DNA of 64,000 nucleotides from Escherichia coli (GTDB lineage Bacteria; Pseudomonadota; Gammaproteobacteria; Enterobacterales; Enterobacteriaceae): NCBI RefSeq assembly GCF_001677475.2, contig NZ_CP015229.1; one strand, 5' to 3'. Shown piece by piece: positions 9,001 to 22,598 of this stretch (position 1 is its first letter; each line of letters starts with the position of its first letter). The notes under the pieces were generated by a model. It saw only the letters and a program-made list of their open reading frames with translations, ran no database searches and was not told where the DNA came from. The position numbers and the translations under genes were made by a program.

Positions 9001-9905
9001 ATTCGCTGCTGACAATGCTCAATGAGTATTACACCCAGCTCACCATCGCCGACAGTGCATTGGCAGCGAGCACATTACCGGGCCGCATTTCGGCGGCGGA
9101 TAAACTACAACTGGAAGCGGCAAAACTGCCCGCACCGCTGAAAAATATTCTGCTGGATCTCACGCAGCAGGGAACGCGAAAGATCAACGCCGGCACCGGT
9201 GAAGTGCTGAACGCGCAGATGGAGGCGGTGATCGGTGATGAGTGCCGTGACGCCATTGACGGGCGCTATCCCTTCACCGACAGCCCGCAGGAAGTCAGCG
9301 CGGACGATTTTAACCGTATCTTTGCTAGCGGCGGTGTGCTGGATGCCTTCTGGACGAAGCAACTGGCCCCGCTGGCGGATACCGCCAGCAACCCGTGGCG
9401 ATACAAACCGACCGAAGGCAACATGACTTTACAGGGGCCGGACCTGACGCCGTTTCAGGAGGCGAAACAGATCCGCAGCGTGTTTTTTAACGGCGACGGC
9501 GGGAAAAAGTTCTCCTGGGCGATGCAGGTCCGCGTCGTGGATATGGACCCGGCCATCACCGAACTGGTGATTGACATTGACGGCCAGGTACTGCGTTACG
9601 CTCACGGCCCGGTCAGGCCGCTGAAAGTGAACTGGCCGGGTCCGCGCAACGGCTCAATGGCGGAAATAACCGCCAGCCCGCGCATCCGCCAGGACACCTC
9701 GACGCTGCTGACTAATGGACCGTGGGCGCTGTTTCACCTGCTGGATGCGGGAAAAGCGCAAGAAACGGCGGTACGGGGAATACAGCAGGTGGAGTACAGC
9801 TTTGACGGGCGGCGGGTGATACTGGAAATCACCGCCGGACGGGATTTTGACCCAGTGGATCGCGGACTATTGCAACTCTTCGCCTGCCCGGAGCGAGCGC
9901 TGTGA
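6039..9905 (+). CDS. tssM: T6SS membrane-complex protein TssM (IcmF-like)
   Basis: 1288 aa; N-terminal TM helices, Walker A GSPGDGKTT, large periplasmic C-terminus. Confidence 0.92.
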   Translation: MQKFLSLLFSRRTLAVVGVVVLALLVWFIGPLVAFDTLHPLASVGSRVVTIVLLLMFLALWLVNWSMSIIGVTVLCLVIGFVSPLLAFGDVYPFAPLWLRLTLIGLILLSYTLYGLYRLWRALRLDEQLLRRFLHPRGEDVPVAGEIKADLRTVSHIVTRAIRQLKQLRVDLPGWRKVLEGKRFLYELPWFMVIGSPGDGKTTALLNTGLQFPLAEQMEQTAHILTVPGGGTLHCDWWFTNEAVLIDTAGRYARHDDGGEISATQRNAGEWQGFLGLLRKHRPGAPLNGVILTLNVADLTAQSPAERLAACAALRARLAELRETLGIRFPVYLVVTKMDLLPGFTEYFRGLTSHLRAQVWGFTLPYSRRRHASDPQSLHALCGQELANLTLRLDQGLDTRLQEEYDLKSRQRLYRFPREFAALGAPLLEAIEQIFLDSKFDATQLNNTLRGVFFTSAAQAQADAVADQTGIWQRFVRAIKGKVESPSHTLPDGNRSYFLHDLLTQFIFREAHLVEPNLQWAWRYRLLRTGGHLLVLALAFWLWQGMQGSQQGNSGYLNEIASRTVQLDGDVKAYTGKPAMQPVPVLLNQARALSAWPGLDPDSPPLAWRYGLYSVPPVMESVASLYDRLLDQLLLPPLVKRMEYVLSDAIARQDSKAAYDALHVYLLLNLDKDHEDKYNAAEIHAWVLNDLENRDSVAEFGGRAAVLEHIDALFDGSRVVHSPYDKDEGLIRMARAFLDGHTSTERIYTRALASMESEAPQEFSLVRAVGADAGTVFVRTDGAPLDRGVPGIFTREGYRELFDKRLSEFVASASADDAWVMGRENAQKKTTDIVMSQLPGQELPVTREVRRLYLAEYARRWQDFLASIHSINSAGEDGSPGLAYDLQVLRTLASPDSPLMRLSKAVVEQTTLVPPLDAQARQKQMAQRAQDRLSGNAGKAVQTAKLLQDIHPEERLEKSLVDDRFAALREVVSGRTDSGQGGGAPQLNSLLTMLNEYYTQLTIADSALAASTLPGRISAADKLQLEAAKLPAPLKNILLDLTQQGTRKINAGTGEVLNAQMEAVIGDECRDAIDGRYPFTDSPQEVSADDFNRIFASGGVLDAFWTKQLAPLADTASNPWRYKPTEGNMTLQGPDLTPFQEAKQIRSVFFNGDGGKKFSWAMQVRVVDMDPAITELVIDIDGQVLRYAHGPVRPLKVNWPGPRNGSMAEITASPRIRQDTSTLLTNGPWALFHLLDAGKAQETAVRGIQQVEYSFDGRRVILEITAGRDFDPVDRGLLQLFACPERAL

Positions 9906-10151
9906 TACGCCGGGCGGCGGCAGTATCGTTGGCAGACTACCGGACCCATGTGACTATGCTAAAGGCTGCATTCACGGATGTCTTGACGTGGAGTTGTATG
10001 CTAAAACAGGCCGTTGCACCAGGTGAGCAAAAAGTCACCATTAATGTCACTTATATACTGAGATGGCAGGGCAACGACGCAACAAAACTATAAACTTTCT
10101 TAAACCGACGTTATAGCGACCATCCTACTACCGTGATTCAGGAAGCATGAT

Positions 10152-10847
10152 ATGCAACAATATACGCGTTTTTTTATTATTTTTTTGTTATATGCCATGT
10201 CAGGAAATGTTTTTGCTGATATCAGAAAAAACACAGGAACTATTGACCCCGATTATATTAATCTCAGTGCGCAGGAATTTTTGTCATTTTATGCTCGTGG
10301 AACGTCACAGGAAAAAGAAAATGTTCTGATGTATGTCCTTGGTGTGAGTGATGCGACAGAAAGTAAAACCTGGTGTGGATATAATAAGATTAATGAAATA
10401 GAACTTTATTCATCGGTACTGACATATCTTAATCAGCAGTCGGTTAACGATATGAATATGCGAGCTTCAACTCTGATTGAACAAGCGATGGTCAGGCTGT
10501 TTCCCTGCCCGGATATGGCATCACCGGAAAAAAAATCTCCCCGGCAGTCATCTGTTTCACACCTGACCTCTGGCGCGTTCGATCTGAACGGAGATGATTT
10601 TTTCCGCTTCTGGCAGTCAGATAACAGGCAGGATAGGCTTAATGCGAAAATCTATCTTTTGGGTATAGAAGATGCCACGGAAAGAAAAACATGGTGCGAT
10701 TATAAAACGATTAAAACAGTTACACTGGATGAGATTATTTACTGGTATTTCAGAAAAAAAACGTCAGATAAACTGAATGAACGGGCTGCAAATATTATTA
10801 TTGAGGCACTAAGTAAACACTCCTGTGATAAAGGAAATAATAAATGA
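10152..10847 (+). CDS. Periplasmic tandem-repeat protein; candidate immunity for downstream Tae4-like effector
   Basis: Signal peptide; two internal ~95-aa repeats (YVLGVSDATESKTWCGYNKI / YLLGIEDATERKTWCDYKTI); AT-rich; stop overlaps next start. Confidence 0.45.
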   Translation: MQQYTRFFIIFLLYAMSGNVFADIRKNTGTIDPDYINLSAQEFLSFYARGTSQEKENVLMYVLGVSDATESKTWCGYNKINEIELYSSVLTYLNQQSVNDMNMRASTLIEQAMVRLFPCPDMASPEKKSPRQSSVSHLTSGAFDLNGDDFFRFWQSDNRQDRLNAKIYLLGIEDATERKTWCDYKTIKTVTLDEIIYWYFRKKTSDKLNERAANIIIEALSKHSCDKGNNK

Positions 10848-11320
10848 AACCTTCATTTTTCACACTTAAAAAAAAACATTACTCATCAGTTCAGATTGAT
10901 GGTGATGTTTTGTACAGTGAAGTGGGTTATAACTATGAAGCACTGCAACAGCAAAATGCTGGTTATGTAAATACCTGTGCCACACGTATGAGTCTGGCGC
11001 TGATTAAATCAGGCGTCAGCTTTAACGGGCGACTGACGATCAAAAGTGGTGACTGGAAAGGGAAGAAAATAGAAACCGGTGCGAAATTACTGGCAGATCA
11101 GCTTTCCCGAGCTGATGTTTTTGGAAGACCAGTTATCTGGTGTGACTCAGAAAAATTTAAAACAGACACCAGTAATAAAAGAGGAGTGGTCTTTTTCTGG
11201 AAGATTACGGGTTACGGTGGCGGTCATATTGATCTTATTGAGCCTTCTACCACAGGTGCTATATGTCATTCACATTGCTATTTTAGCTGCAAGGAAATCT
11301 GGTTCTGGGAACTGAATTAA
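10844..11320 (+). CDS. Tae4-family-like peptidoglycan amidase T6SS effector (candidate)
   Basis: 158 aa; NTCATRMSLALI... and ...GGGHIDLIEPS... resemble Cys/His motif regions of Tae4 as I recall them; no signal peptide. Confidence 0.55.
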   Translation: MKPSFFTLKKKHYSSVQIDGDVLYSEVGYNYEALQQQNAGYVNTCATRMSLALIKSGVSFNGRLTIKSGDWKGKKIETGAKLLADQLSRADVFGRPVIWCDSEKFKTDTSNKRGVVFFWKITGYGGGHIDLIEPSTTGAICHSHCYFSCKEIWFWELN

Positions 11321-11508
11321 CAATTTTATTGGAAGCTGATTCCTGTTCTCTTTGTTGGGGGGATGCCCGAGCGATTTTATTATAAATGCTCTGATTCCTG
11401 TGGAAGAAAATTAATCCTGATATCTGACTTTATTATTGAAATGAAGAATTATGTTATGTATTACCGGGAATTGCTGAAAAACTTCACCTGTCCGGTAAGG
11501 ACGTTGTG

Positions 11509-12276
11509 ATGCGCCGGGCAGAGATATCGGCCCCGGCGATGTTCGGCAGACTGCCGGACCAGCGGGACTATGTGCGCTGGCGGGTGAGCGCGAACGAAGG
11601 GCAGGTGTGGCAGGCGTGGCTGAACCAGCAAACGTGGCTGGGACAGGGGCGGCATATTGTTCTGCCGGAAGGAACGGATGCTGCGAAGACCGGAGTAAAT
11701 GACGGTTGGATGCACCTGTCACCGAGCGAGAAAACGGCGGTGCCGGAACACCATCCGCTACCGTGGAGCTTTGTATTATCGCCGGGATTTTTATCCATTG
11801 GTGGGCGCGATGAGTGGCTGACCGGGGTACTGACCGCCTCGCGTGACAGCACGGGCAGGCCGTGGCCGCTGGTGATTTACCAGCGTGCCGGACGGGAATG
11901 GCTGGAAGAGAGTCTGGATGAAACGCAAGGCTGGCTGTACTGGCTGGCAAGACTGGCGGCAGTACATGTCTCACCACAGACAGAACGCTGCGGGCGGCTG
12001 GCGGAGCAGGCAGACCAGCTGTGGGCGATGTGGCGACCGGGGCCGCGCTGGGCGCAGTGGTTGCGTGGTTTGCGGCGTGTACCGCAGCGCAGCCGGGAAC
12101 TCACCGGCCTGCCGGACGCACCGGTAGTGGAACTGCCCGGCGTGCGGCACCTGCCGTGGCCGGGCTGGCCGGACAAAATGCTGACGCAGGCACAACAAGG
12201 GCAGGGCTGGTTCTGGCAGCAGAACAGCGAGGGGCGGTATGTGGATGCGCTGCGGCTGACGGGGCAATCCTCATAA
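11509..12276 (+). CDS. tagF: T6SS-associated protein TagF (ImpM/DUF2094-like)
   Basis: N-terminal MFGRLPDQRDYV motif typical of TagF; high GC like core T6SS genes. Confidence 0.7.
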   Translation: MRRAEISAPAMFGRLPDQRDYVRWRVSANEGQVWQAWLNQQTWLGQGRHIVLPEGTDAAKTGVNDGWMHLSPSEKTAVPEHHPLPWSFVLSPGFLSIGGRDEWLTGVLTASRDSTGRPWPLVIYQRAGREWLEESLDETQGWLYWLARLAAVHVSPQTERCGRLAEQADQLWAMWRPGPRWAQWLRGLRRVPQRSRELTGLPDAPVVELPGVRHLPWPGWPDKMLTQAQQGQGWFWQQNSEGRYVDALRLTGQSS

Positions 12277-12342
12277 TATATAAAATCATATTTCCCCCCA
12301 AAATATTTCAGATGAAACCAGATAATATTTAACGAGAATAAA

Positions 12343-13044
12343 ATGACCAAGCTTAAATATGATGAAAACGGCCTGCTAGCAGAATACTATGCAAAAACAG
12401 ATATTGACGGTGATGTCATCACTCACAAAGATGACAGAATGACGTATTTATTAAATAAAAATACTGGCTCTATTTCTGTAGTGATAAAGTGGAAGTATGA
12501 GTGGTATAAGGATAATACCGTTACAGATGACTGGACTGTATTGGAAAAAGCTATTTTCATGAGATCAGTATATTTATCTGTTCAACAGGCATGGAATGGG
12601 AAAATAACTTATTCTGTTTCCGGTGAATCTGAGTTCGCTAAAAAATTTCAGGGGAAAGCTTTGCCTTTTGATGTGAGGATAATCCCTGTATCTCAGAATG
12701 AAGACTGGTTGGTAATTGCAACTAAAGTTTTGCCTGGTGCTGATTTAAGAACGTATGTTGATTTTAAGAACAGCACGGTTCATGTTGACTCAGCAGACCT
12801 GGAAAAAGTAGCAAAATGTTTTAATTGTAACAATACAGTGCAAATAAATATACCACATGAAGCCGGACATGTACTTGGTTACTTAGATGATGATTATGAT
12901 TCTTCGTCTCCGTATGTTGGAGATGTTAGTGGGCTGATGAATATGGGAATGGAACTCCGGGAAAGATATCTTAAAAACTCAACTATAACGTTGAATGTAA
13001 TAATGCCTGATACTAACTTCACTCTATTGAATGTAACCAAATGA
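12343..13044 (+). CDS. HExxH zinc-metallopeptidase-like protein; candidate T6SS effector
   Basis: HEAGHVLGY motif; no signal peptide; AT-rich; directly upstream of vgrG; overlaps downstream signal-peptide ORF. Confidence 0.45.
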   Translation: MTKLKYDENGLLAEYYAKTDIDGDVITHKDDRMTYLLNKNTGSISVVIKWKYEWYKDNTVTDDWTVLEKAIFMRSVYLSVQQAWNGKITYSVSGESEFAKKFQGKALPFDVRIIPVSQNEDWLVIATKVLPGADLRTYVDFKNSTVHVDSADLEKVAKCFNCNNTVQINIPHEAGHVLGYLDDDYDSSSPYVGDVSGLMNMGMELRERYLKNSTITLNVIMPDTNFTLLNVTK

Positions 13045-13427
13045 AATTAATCTGTATTATAGTGTTCTTTCTTTCAATAAATTACGTAATCACAGCAAAT
13101 GTTTTCGAGCCTTCTGTAGTTTTTCAATCTCCCAGGTATTATGAGGAAAATGATATACAGAATGGAAATAACGATGCTTTTTTTGTGAAAAAATACGGCC
13201 CGCCTGTTCATGAGTTCATGAAGCCACGATATAAGTTTGCCGGTGAATATTATATCGGCTTGAATCAGACTTATCGCATCACAAACCCTGAATTTAAAGA
13301 TGTGCCTATTAAAGAAATGTTCTGGAATCTGCAAGAGGATTTAAATCTTACATGCTGGTTCCATTATAAAGACGGGCAGTGGCGGGTTATTTCTTATATT
13401 TTTTGGCCACCAGGGGCTAAATTTTAA
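13041..13427 (+). CDS. Small secreted protein; candidate cognate immunity protein
   Basis: Signal-peptide-like N-terminus MKLICIIVFFLSINYVITA; ATGA overlap with 12343..13044. Confidence 0.4.
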   Translation: MKLICIIVFFLSINYVITANVFEPSVVFQSPRYYEENDIQNGNNDAFFVKKYGPPVHEFMKPRYKFAGEYYIGLNQTYRITNPEFKDVPIKEMFWNLQEDLNLTCWFHYKDGQWRVISYIFWPPGAKF

Positions 13428-13451
13428 TCCGGTATTAAAGGAGTAAACACC

Positions 13452-15665
13452 ATGAGTTTTGTATCTACGGGTAATAAACCAGTTGGAAACGGTAGACCCG
13501 TCATCACCACACCACCAATAGCTCGCGAAAGTGGCGGTATGAGCGCAAGTTCAGCCGCAACCGATGTAGCTGATGCAGCCGAACAGATGGCAGAACAGGC
13601 AGTTGCAGATCTATTTGGTGCGCTTCCAGAACCGTCAGGACTGGTTAAAGCTGCAGTAGCTGCTGCGCAGGCCGCCGCCGCCGCGGCAGGGATCTCGGAT
13701 ATGGCTGGTGCAGCTCAGGATGCGGCGGCATCGCTTGCTGCCGCTGGTTCGGGGGCGCATAACGTCACAGTAAGTGGTAGTGCGGTGCCGGCGCAGATGC
13801 TGCTGTTCGCAGGTATGAATGGTTCGGAAGGGCTTGGGAATCTGTTTTCCTATACAGTACAGCTTAAAACGCCTGACACCCTGAACCTCGGATATGTCTC
13901 CCCTGCTGCCAATCTGCCGCTCAAACCGATGGTGGGCAAAGACCTGTGCGTCAATATTGAACTGGAGGGCGGCGGCAAACGGCATATCAGCGGGCTGGTG
14001 ACGGCTGCGAGGGTAGTCGGTCACGAGGGGCGCTCGGTCACGTATGAATTGCGCATTGAACCGTGGTTGAAGCTGCTGACCCACACCAGCGACTACAAAG
14101 CCTTCCAGAACAAAACCGTGGTGGATATTCTCGATGAAGTCCTGGCTGAATATTCCTTTCCGGTGGAAAAGCGGCTGGTGGAAAATTATCCGCCCCGCGC
14201 CTGGCAGGTGCAGTATGGTGAAACCGATTTTGATTTCATCCAGCGCCTGATGCAGGAATGGGGTATCTACTGGTGGTTTGAGCACAGCGAGAACAGCCAC
14301 ACGCTGGTACTGGCTGATGCCATCAATGGTCATAAAACGTGCCCGGACTCGCCGCTGGTAGAGTGGCACCAGGAAGGACTGAAGCTCGATAAGGAATTTA
14401 TCCACACCATTACGGCCAGTGAGAGGCTGCGTACTGGAAAGTGGGTGCTGGACGATTTTGATTTTATGAAGCCGCGTTCACTGCTGAAAAGTACCGTGGC
14501 TAATCCGCGTGATACCGGTCATGCTGAATATGAGCATTACGAATGGCCTGGTGATTACTTCACTATGGGGGAAGGCGAGATGCTGACGCGCATTCGTATG
14601 GAAGCGCAGCGCAGCCCTGGCAGCCGGGTTGGAGGGGCGGGGAATATCCGCACCCTCATGACTGGTTACACCTTTACGTTGATGAATCATCCGACGGCGG
14701 AGGTCAACCAGGAATATCTGCTGGTGCAGACCACACTGTTTTTACGGGACAATGCGCAGTACAGCGGCCAGGACCAGCATTTTACCTATGTCACCACGTT
14801 CGAACTGCACCCTACCAGTGAAGTCTACCGCCCACAGCGAACCCTGAGCAAACCTCATACCAAAGGCCCGCAGAGCGCCATCGTCACCGGTCCGGCGGGG
14901 CAGGAAATCTGGACGGATAAATATGGCCGGGTGAAGGTGCAGTTTGGCTGGGATCGTTATGGTAACAATGACGAAAACAGCTCCTGCTGGGTCCGTGTTA
15001 GCTATCCGTGGGCGGGAAAAGGATTCGGCATGATCCAGATCCCGCGTATTGGCCAGGAAGTGCTGGTGGATTTCAAAAATGGTGACCCGGATTTACCCAT
15101 CATCGTGGGGCGTACCTATAACCAGGACACGATGCCGCCGTGGGGATTGCCTGGCATGGCGTCGCAGAGCGGGATATTCAGCCATTCGTTACAGGGGGGG
15201 CCGACCAACGGAAACATGCTGCGCTTTGATGACAAAACGGGGGCGGAAGAGGTGAAGTTCCATGCGGAAAAAGACCTCAATACCACAGTAAAAAACAATG
15301 AAACCCACACGGTCATGGTCGATCGCACAAAAACCATTGTCAAAAATGAAACCATCAGCGTGGGAGAAGACCGTAATGCCACCATCACAAACAATGATGG
15401 GCTTTCCGTCAAACTAGCTCAAACCATCAATGTCGGGACGACATATCGTCTGGACGTTGGCGAGCAATTTACCCTTCGCTGCGGCAATGCAGCGCTTGTA
15501 TTACACAAGGATGGCTCGATTGAGTTTTGCGGAAAACAACTTTTACTGCACGCCAGCGATGTGATGCAACTCATTGGCAGTGGTATTGATATGAATCCGG
15601 ATGGCGGAAAAGCCATTACTGCGAATGATATTGCCCCAGTACCCACTCCGGATGCTTCTGAATAA
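13452..15665 (+). CDS. vgrG: T6SS spike protein VgrG (TssI) with Ala-rich N-terminal extension
   Basis: 737 aa; gp27/gp5-like body with late motifs typical of VgrG; strong RBS AAAGGAG before ATG. Confidence 0.88.
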   Translation: MSFVSTGNKPVGNGRPVITTPPIARESGGMSASSAATDVADAAEQMAEQAVADLFGALPEPSGLVKAAVAAAQAAAAAAGISDMAGAAQDAAASLAAAGSGAHNVTVSGSAVPAQMLLFAGMNGSEGLGNLFSYTVQLKTPDTLNLGYVSPAANLPLKPMVGKDLCVNIELEGGGKRHISGLVTAARVVGHEGRSVTYELRIEPWLKLLTHTSDYKAFQNKTVVDILDEVLAEYSFPVEKRLVENYPPRAWQVQYGETDFDFIQRLMQEWGIYWWFEHSENSHTLVLADAINGHKTCPDSPLVEWHQEGLKLDKEFIHTITASERLRTGKWVLDDFDFMKPRSLLKSTVANPRDTGHAEYEHYEWPGDYFTMGEGEMLTRIRMEAQRSPGSRVGGAGNIRTLMTGYTFTLMNHPTAEVNQEYLLVQTTLFLRDNAQYSGQDQHFTYVTTFELHPTSEVYRPQRTLSKPHTKGPQSAIVTGPAGQEIWTDKYGRVKVQFGWDRYGNNDENSSCWVRVSYPWAGKGFGMIQIPRIGQEVLVDFKNGDPDLPIIVGRTYNQDTMPPWGLPGMASQSGIFSHSLQGGPTNGNMLRFDDKTGAEEVKFHAEKDLNTTVKNNETHTVMVDRTKTIVKNETISVGEDRNATITNNDGLSVKLAQTINVGTTYRLDVGEQFTLRCGNAALVLHKDGSIEFCGKQLLLHASDVMQLIGSGIDMNPDGGKAITANDIAPVPTPDASE

Positions 15666-15688
15666 AAAATAATAAAAGGATTTTATCT

Positions 15689-16132
15689 ATGACCAGCCTT
15701 TACCGTATTCAGGAGGGCAGCTTTGCCCTGCCTGAAACTTTTCTTGATCGCACCGTCAATATCTTCGTCCCGTCGGGCAATGAGAGGGCAACTCCCAGTC
15801 TGAATATTTCCCGCGACACGCTCAGGCCCGAGGAAAACCTGACCACCTACATTGACCGCCAGATAGCCTTGATGAAAAAAAACCTGGGTCAGCACCGGGT
15901 ACTTTCGCGGGGAACGGCAGTGGCGGGAACTGGCGAAGCTGCCATGGCAGGTGAACAAATTCTCGCAACTCACCGTTCTGGAAAAACAGAAGTGTATCAG
16001 CGTCAGGCCGGGTTTATCACCGGGCCAGGAAAGGTTCTGGTGTTAACCCTGACCTGTCAACGTCCTTTTGATGAGCATACTGACCAGCTATGGACTGTCT
16101 GGTTGACCAGTTTTCAGCCCGCTAAGAGTTAA
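15689..16132 (+). CDS. DUF1795-type Eag adaptor/chaperone (EagR-like) for prePAAR effector
   Basis: 147 aa between vgrG and prePAAR-Rhs gene, the usual position of Eag chaperones. Confidence 0.6.
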   Translation: MTSLYRIQEGSFALPETFLDRTVNIFVPSGNERATPSLNISRDTLRPEENLTTYIDRQIALMKKNLGQHRVLSRGTAVAGTGEAAMAGEQILATHRSGKTEVYQRQAGFITGPGKVLVLTLTCQRPFDEHTDQLWTVWLTSFQPAKS

Positions 16133-16137
16133 AATAA

Positions 16138-20623
<4,486 letters not shown>

Positions 20624-20630
20624 TGCCGAA

Positions 20631-20670
20631 AAAAGCCGGGAACAATATTAAATCTTCCCGGCTTTTTATT
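20631..20670. terminator. Bidirectional rho-independent terminator between immunity gene and symE-like gene
   Basis: Stem AAGCCGGGAA/TTCCCGGCTT flanked by T-runs on both strands. Confidence 0.5.
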
Positions 20671-20672
20671 AT

Positions 20673-20966
20673 TTAATTATCGTTCAGCATACTAAACATC
20701 CCGTCACGCATCCCCTTAACCGCCTGTTTGACCTGGTAAAGTTCCCTGCGCAGTTCCTGTACTTCGTTGTTATCCGCTAGCAGGATCAGGCAACCTTCCG
20801 AGATCTTCACGGTAACGCCCGTGCCGATCTCAAATCCCGCTTCTCTCAGCCATTTGGCGCTGATTTTGATCACCGGCGTGTCGCTGCGGTTGGGCAGATA
20901 GCCCACGGTACAGTGGCGCTGTGTTTTGGAAATGGTGACTTCTGGCGTAATATCGTGTTCAGCCAT
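20673..20966 (-). CDS. symE: SymE-like type I toxin (AbrB-fold)
   Basis: 97 aa; ...IKISAKWLREAGFEIGTGVTVKISEGCLILLA... closely resembles the SymE core. Confidence 0.7.
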   Translation of the reverse strand: MAEHDITPEVTISKTQRHCTVGYLPNRSDTPVIKISAKWLREAGFEIGTGVTVKISEGCLILLADNNEVQELRRELYQVKQAVKGMRDGMFSMLNDN

Positions 20967-21169
20967 GATTAACTACCTTGATTAGTTGCTTGTGGTGAGC
21001 GGTGATTAAGGGGGGGGCAGCCCCAGGGAAAGATCACATAACGTTGTTTTTTGCACTAAATAATTCGCACTATATATTCAATAATTGAGTAATTCCTTAT
21101 TACTCAAAACTGTTTTTCACAGCTTATATATAATCAAATACTCCTTACATAAATAAGGAGAACAAAATG

Positions 21170-21661
21170 GTACTTAAAAAATGATGGAGCATATTTCTAT
21201 TATCCCTGATTACAGACAAGCCTAGAAAGTGGAACATAATTTGTCAGATATTCTACTGTTGACTATTTGTGCCGTCATTTTCGGGGCTGAAGGATAGGAA
21301 GATATAGAGGATTTTGGAGAAACACATCTCGATTTTTTGAAGCAATATGGTCATTTTAAAAATGGCATCCCCGTTCACGATTCCATTGCCAGAGTTGGAT
21401 CCTGTATCAGTCCTGCAAAATTTTAACTGGATGCGTGACTGCCATTCCTCAAATGATAAAGACATTATCGCAATTGATGGAAAAACGCTCCGGCACTCTT
21501 ATGATAAGAGTCGCCGCAAGGGAGCGATTCATGTCATTAGTGCGTTCTCAACTATGCACAGTCTGAGCCTTGGGCAGATTAAGACAGATGAGAAATCCAA
21601 TGAGATTACAGTGACCGCGCGTCAGTCCTTGCGGAGGGCGTCTACCCAGCCCCTTCCCTAA
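21170..21661 (+). mobile_element. yafF: ISAs1-family (H-repeat-associated) transposase remnant, frameshifted and truncated (yafF-like pseudogene)
   Basis: Frames encode MEHISIIPDYRQA..., ...LSDILLLTICAVIFGAEG..., ...[47 protein letters not shown]..., matching the N-terminal third of H-repeat ORF-H across shifted frames. Confidence 0.65.
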
Positions 21662-21674
21662 AAACAACGCCCAC

Positions 21675-22454
21675 TCACAGCAACCTGAACCCATCCGCGT
21701 CCTGCCATGCCGGGAATTTTTCACGATATTCTCGTAATGCCACCATCGAAAGTTCTGCATCAATGCGTGTGGCCTGGTGTGGTTCGGCGCTAGCGAGAGT
21801 TTCGCCTTGCGGATTAATCACCCGACTGTCGCCGCGATAGTGGCAGCCATTGCCATCGCTACCCACGCGATTACATCCAGCCACATACGCCTGATTTTCA
21901 ATAGCGCGAGCCGTCAGCAAAGCCTGCCAGTGCAGAGAGCGCGGGGCAGGCCAGTTGGCGACGTAGATTGCCAGGTCATAATCGTTGAAATTGCGCGACC
22001 ACACCGGAAAACGTAAGTCGTAGCACACCAGCGGCAAAATACGCCAGCCGCGCCATTCCACAATCACTCGCGCATTGCCCGCTTTATAATGCAGATGCTC
22101 ATCTGCCATGCGGAACAGATGACGCTTATCATAAAAATGTACCGTGCCGCCCGGCTCAACCAGCAAAAAGCGGTTAACCGAACCAGACTCCGTTTGTAAT
22201 GCAACACTGCCTGCAATCAGCGCATTGCACTGCTGCGCTTTAGCTGTCATCCAGTTCACTACGTCATCTTGTGCTAGCGACGAAGCTGCCGCTTCCATGG
22301 CAAAGCCGCTGGTAAACATCTCCGGTAGAACGATCACATCGCGTCCGGTAATACCTTCCAGTTGACGATCAAAATGGCGCAGGTTGGCAGGACCATCCAT
22401 CCACACCAGTGGTTGCTGTAAAAGCGTAATCTTCAAACCAGGCACGGTGTACAA
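21675..22454 (-). CDS. yafV: Omega-amidase / C-N hydrolase YafV
   Basis: Nitrilase-superfamily sequence matching E. coli YafV; conserved neighbourhood with ivy-fadE. Confidence 0.88.
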   Translation of the reverse strand: MYTVPGLKITLLQQPLVWMDGPANLRHFDRQLEGITGRDVIVLPEMFTSGFAMEAAASSLAQDDVVNWMTAKAQQCNALIAGSVALQTESGSVNRFLLVEPGGTVHFYDKRHLFRMADEHLHYKAGNARVIVEWRGWRILPLVCYDLRFPVWSRNFNDYDLAIYVANWPAPRSLHWQALLTARAIENQAYVAGCNRVGSDGNGCHYRGDSRVINPQGETLASAEPHQATRIDAELSMVALREYREKFPAWQDADGFRLL

Positions 22455-22598
22455 CTCCTTTATGCGAAGGGTTTTATAACTCTAACACCTTATCAGGCAG
22501 TTGCCTTAGCGCAGAATAAATTGATAACAAATGCTGATATTGGAAATATCTGATTTGCAAATCATCGTGTTATCGCCAGGCTTTAGGAGGTTAATAAC

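Noticed and set aside
9902-10093. 63-aa ORF in the tssM to immunity-gene intergenic region
   Set aside because: Overlaps the tssM stop, has no RBS or recognisable features; likely non-coding spacer at a cassette junction.
11321-11505. Short direct repeats (GATTCCTGT twice) in the intergenic region before tagF
   Set aside because: Nine-bp repeats in AT-rich DNA are expected by chance; no palindromic or known operator structure.
20967-21170. LexA box or SymR-like antisense RNA upstream of the symE-like gene
   Set aside because: Only CTGT-N6-CAG-type partial matches seen, not CTGT-N8-ACAG; an antisense RNA cannot be called from sequence alone.
21347-21661. ISAs1 transposase fragment as a functional gene
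   Set aside because: Only about the first third of the protein is present and the upstream part is frameshifted; annotated as a remnant.
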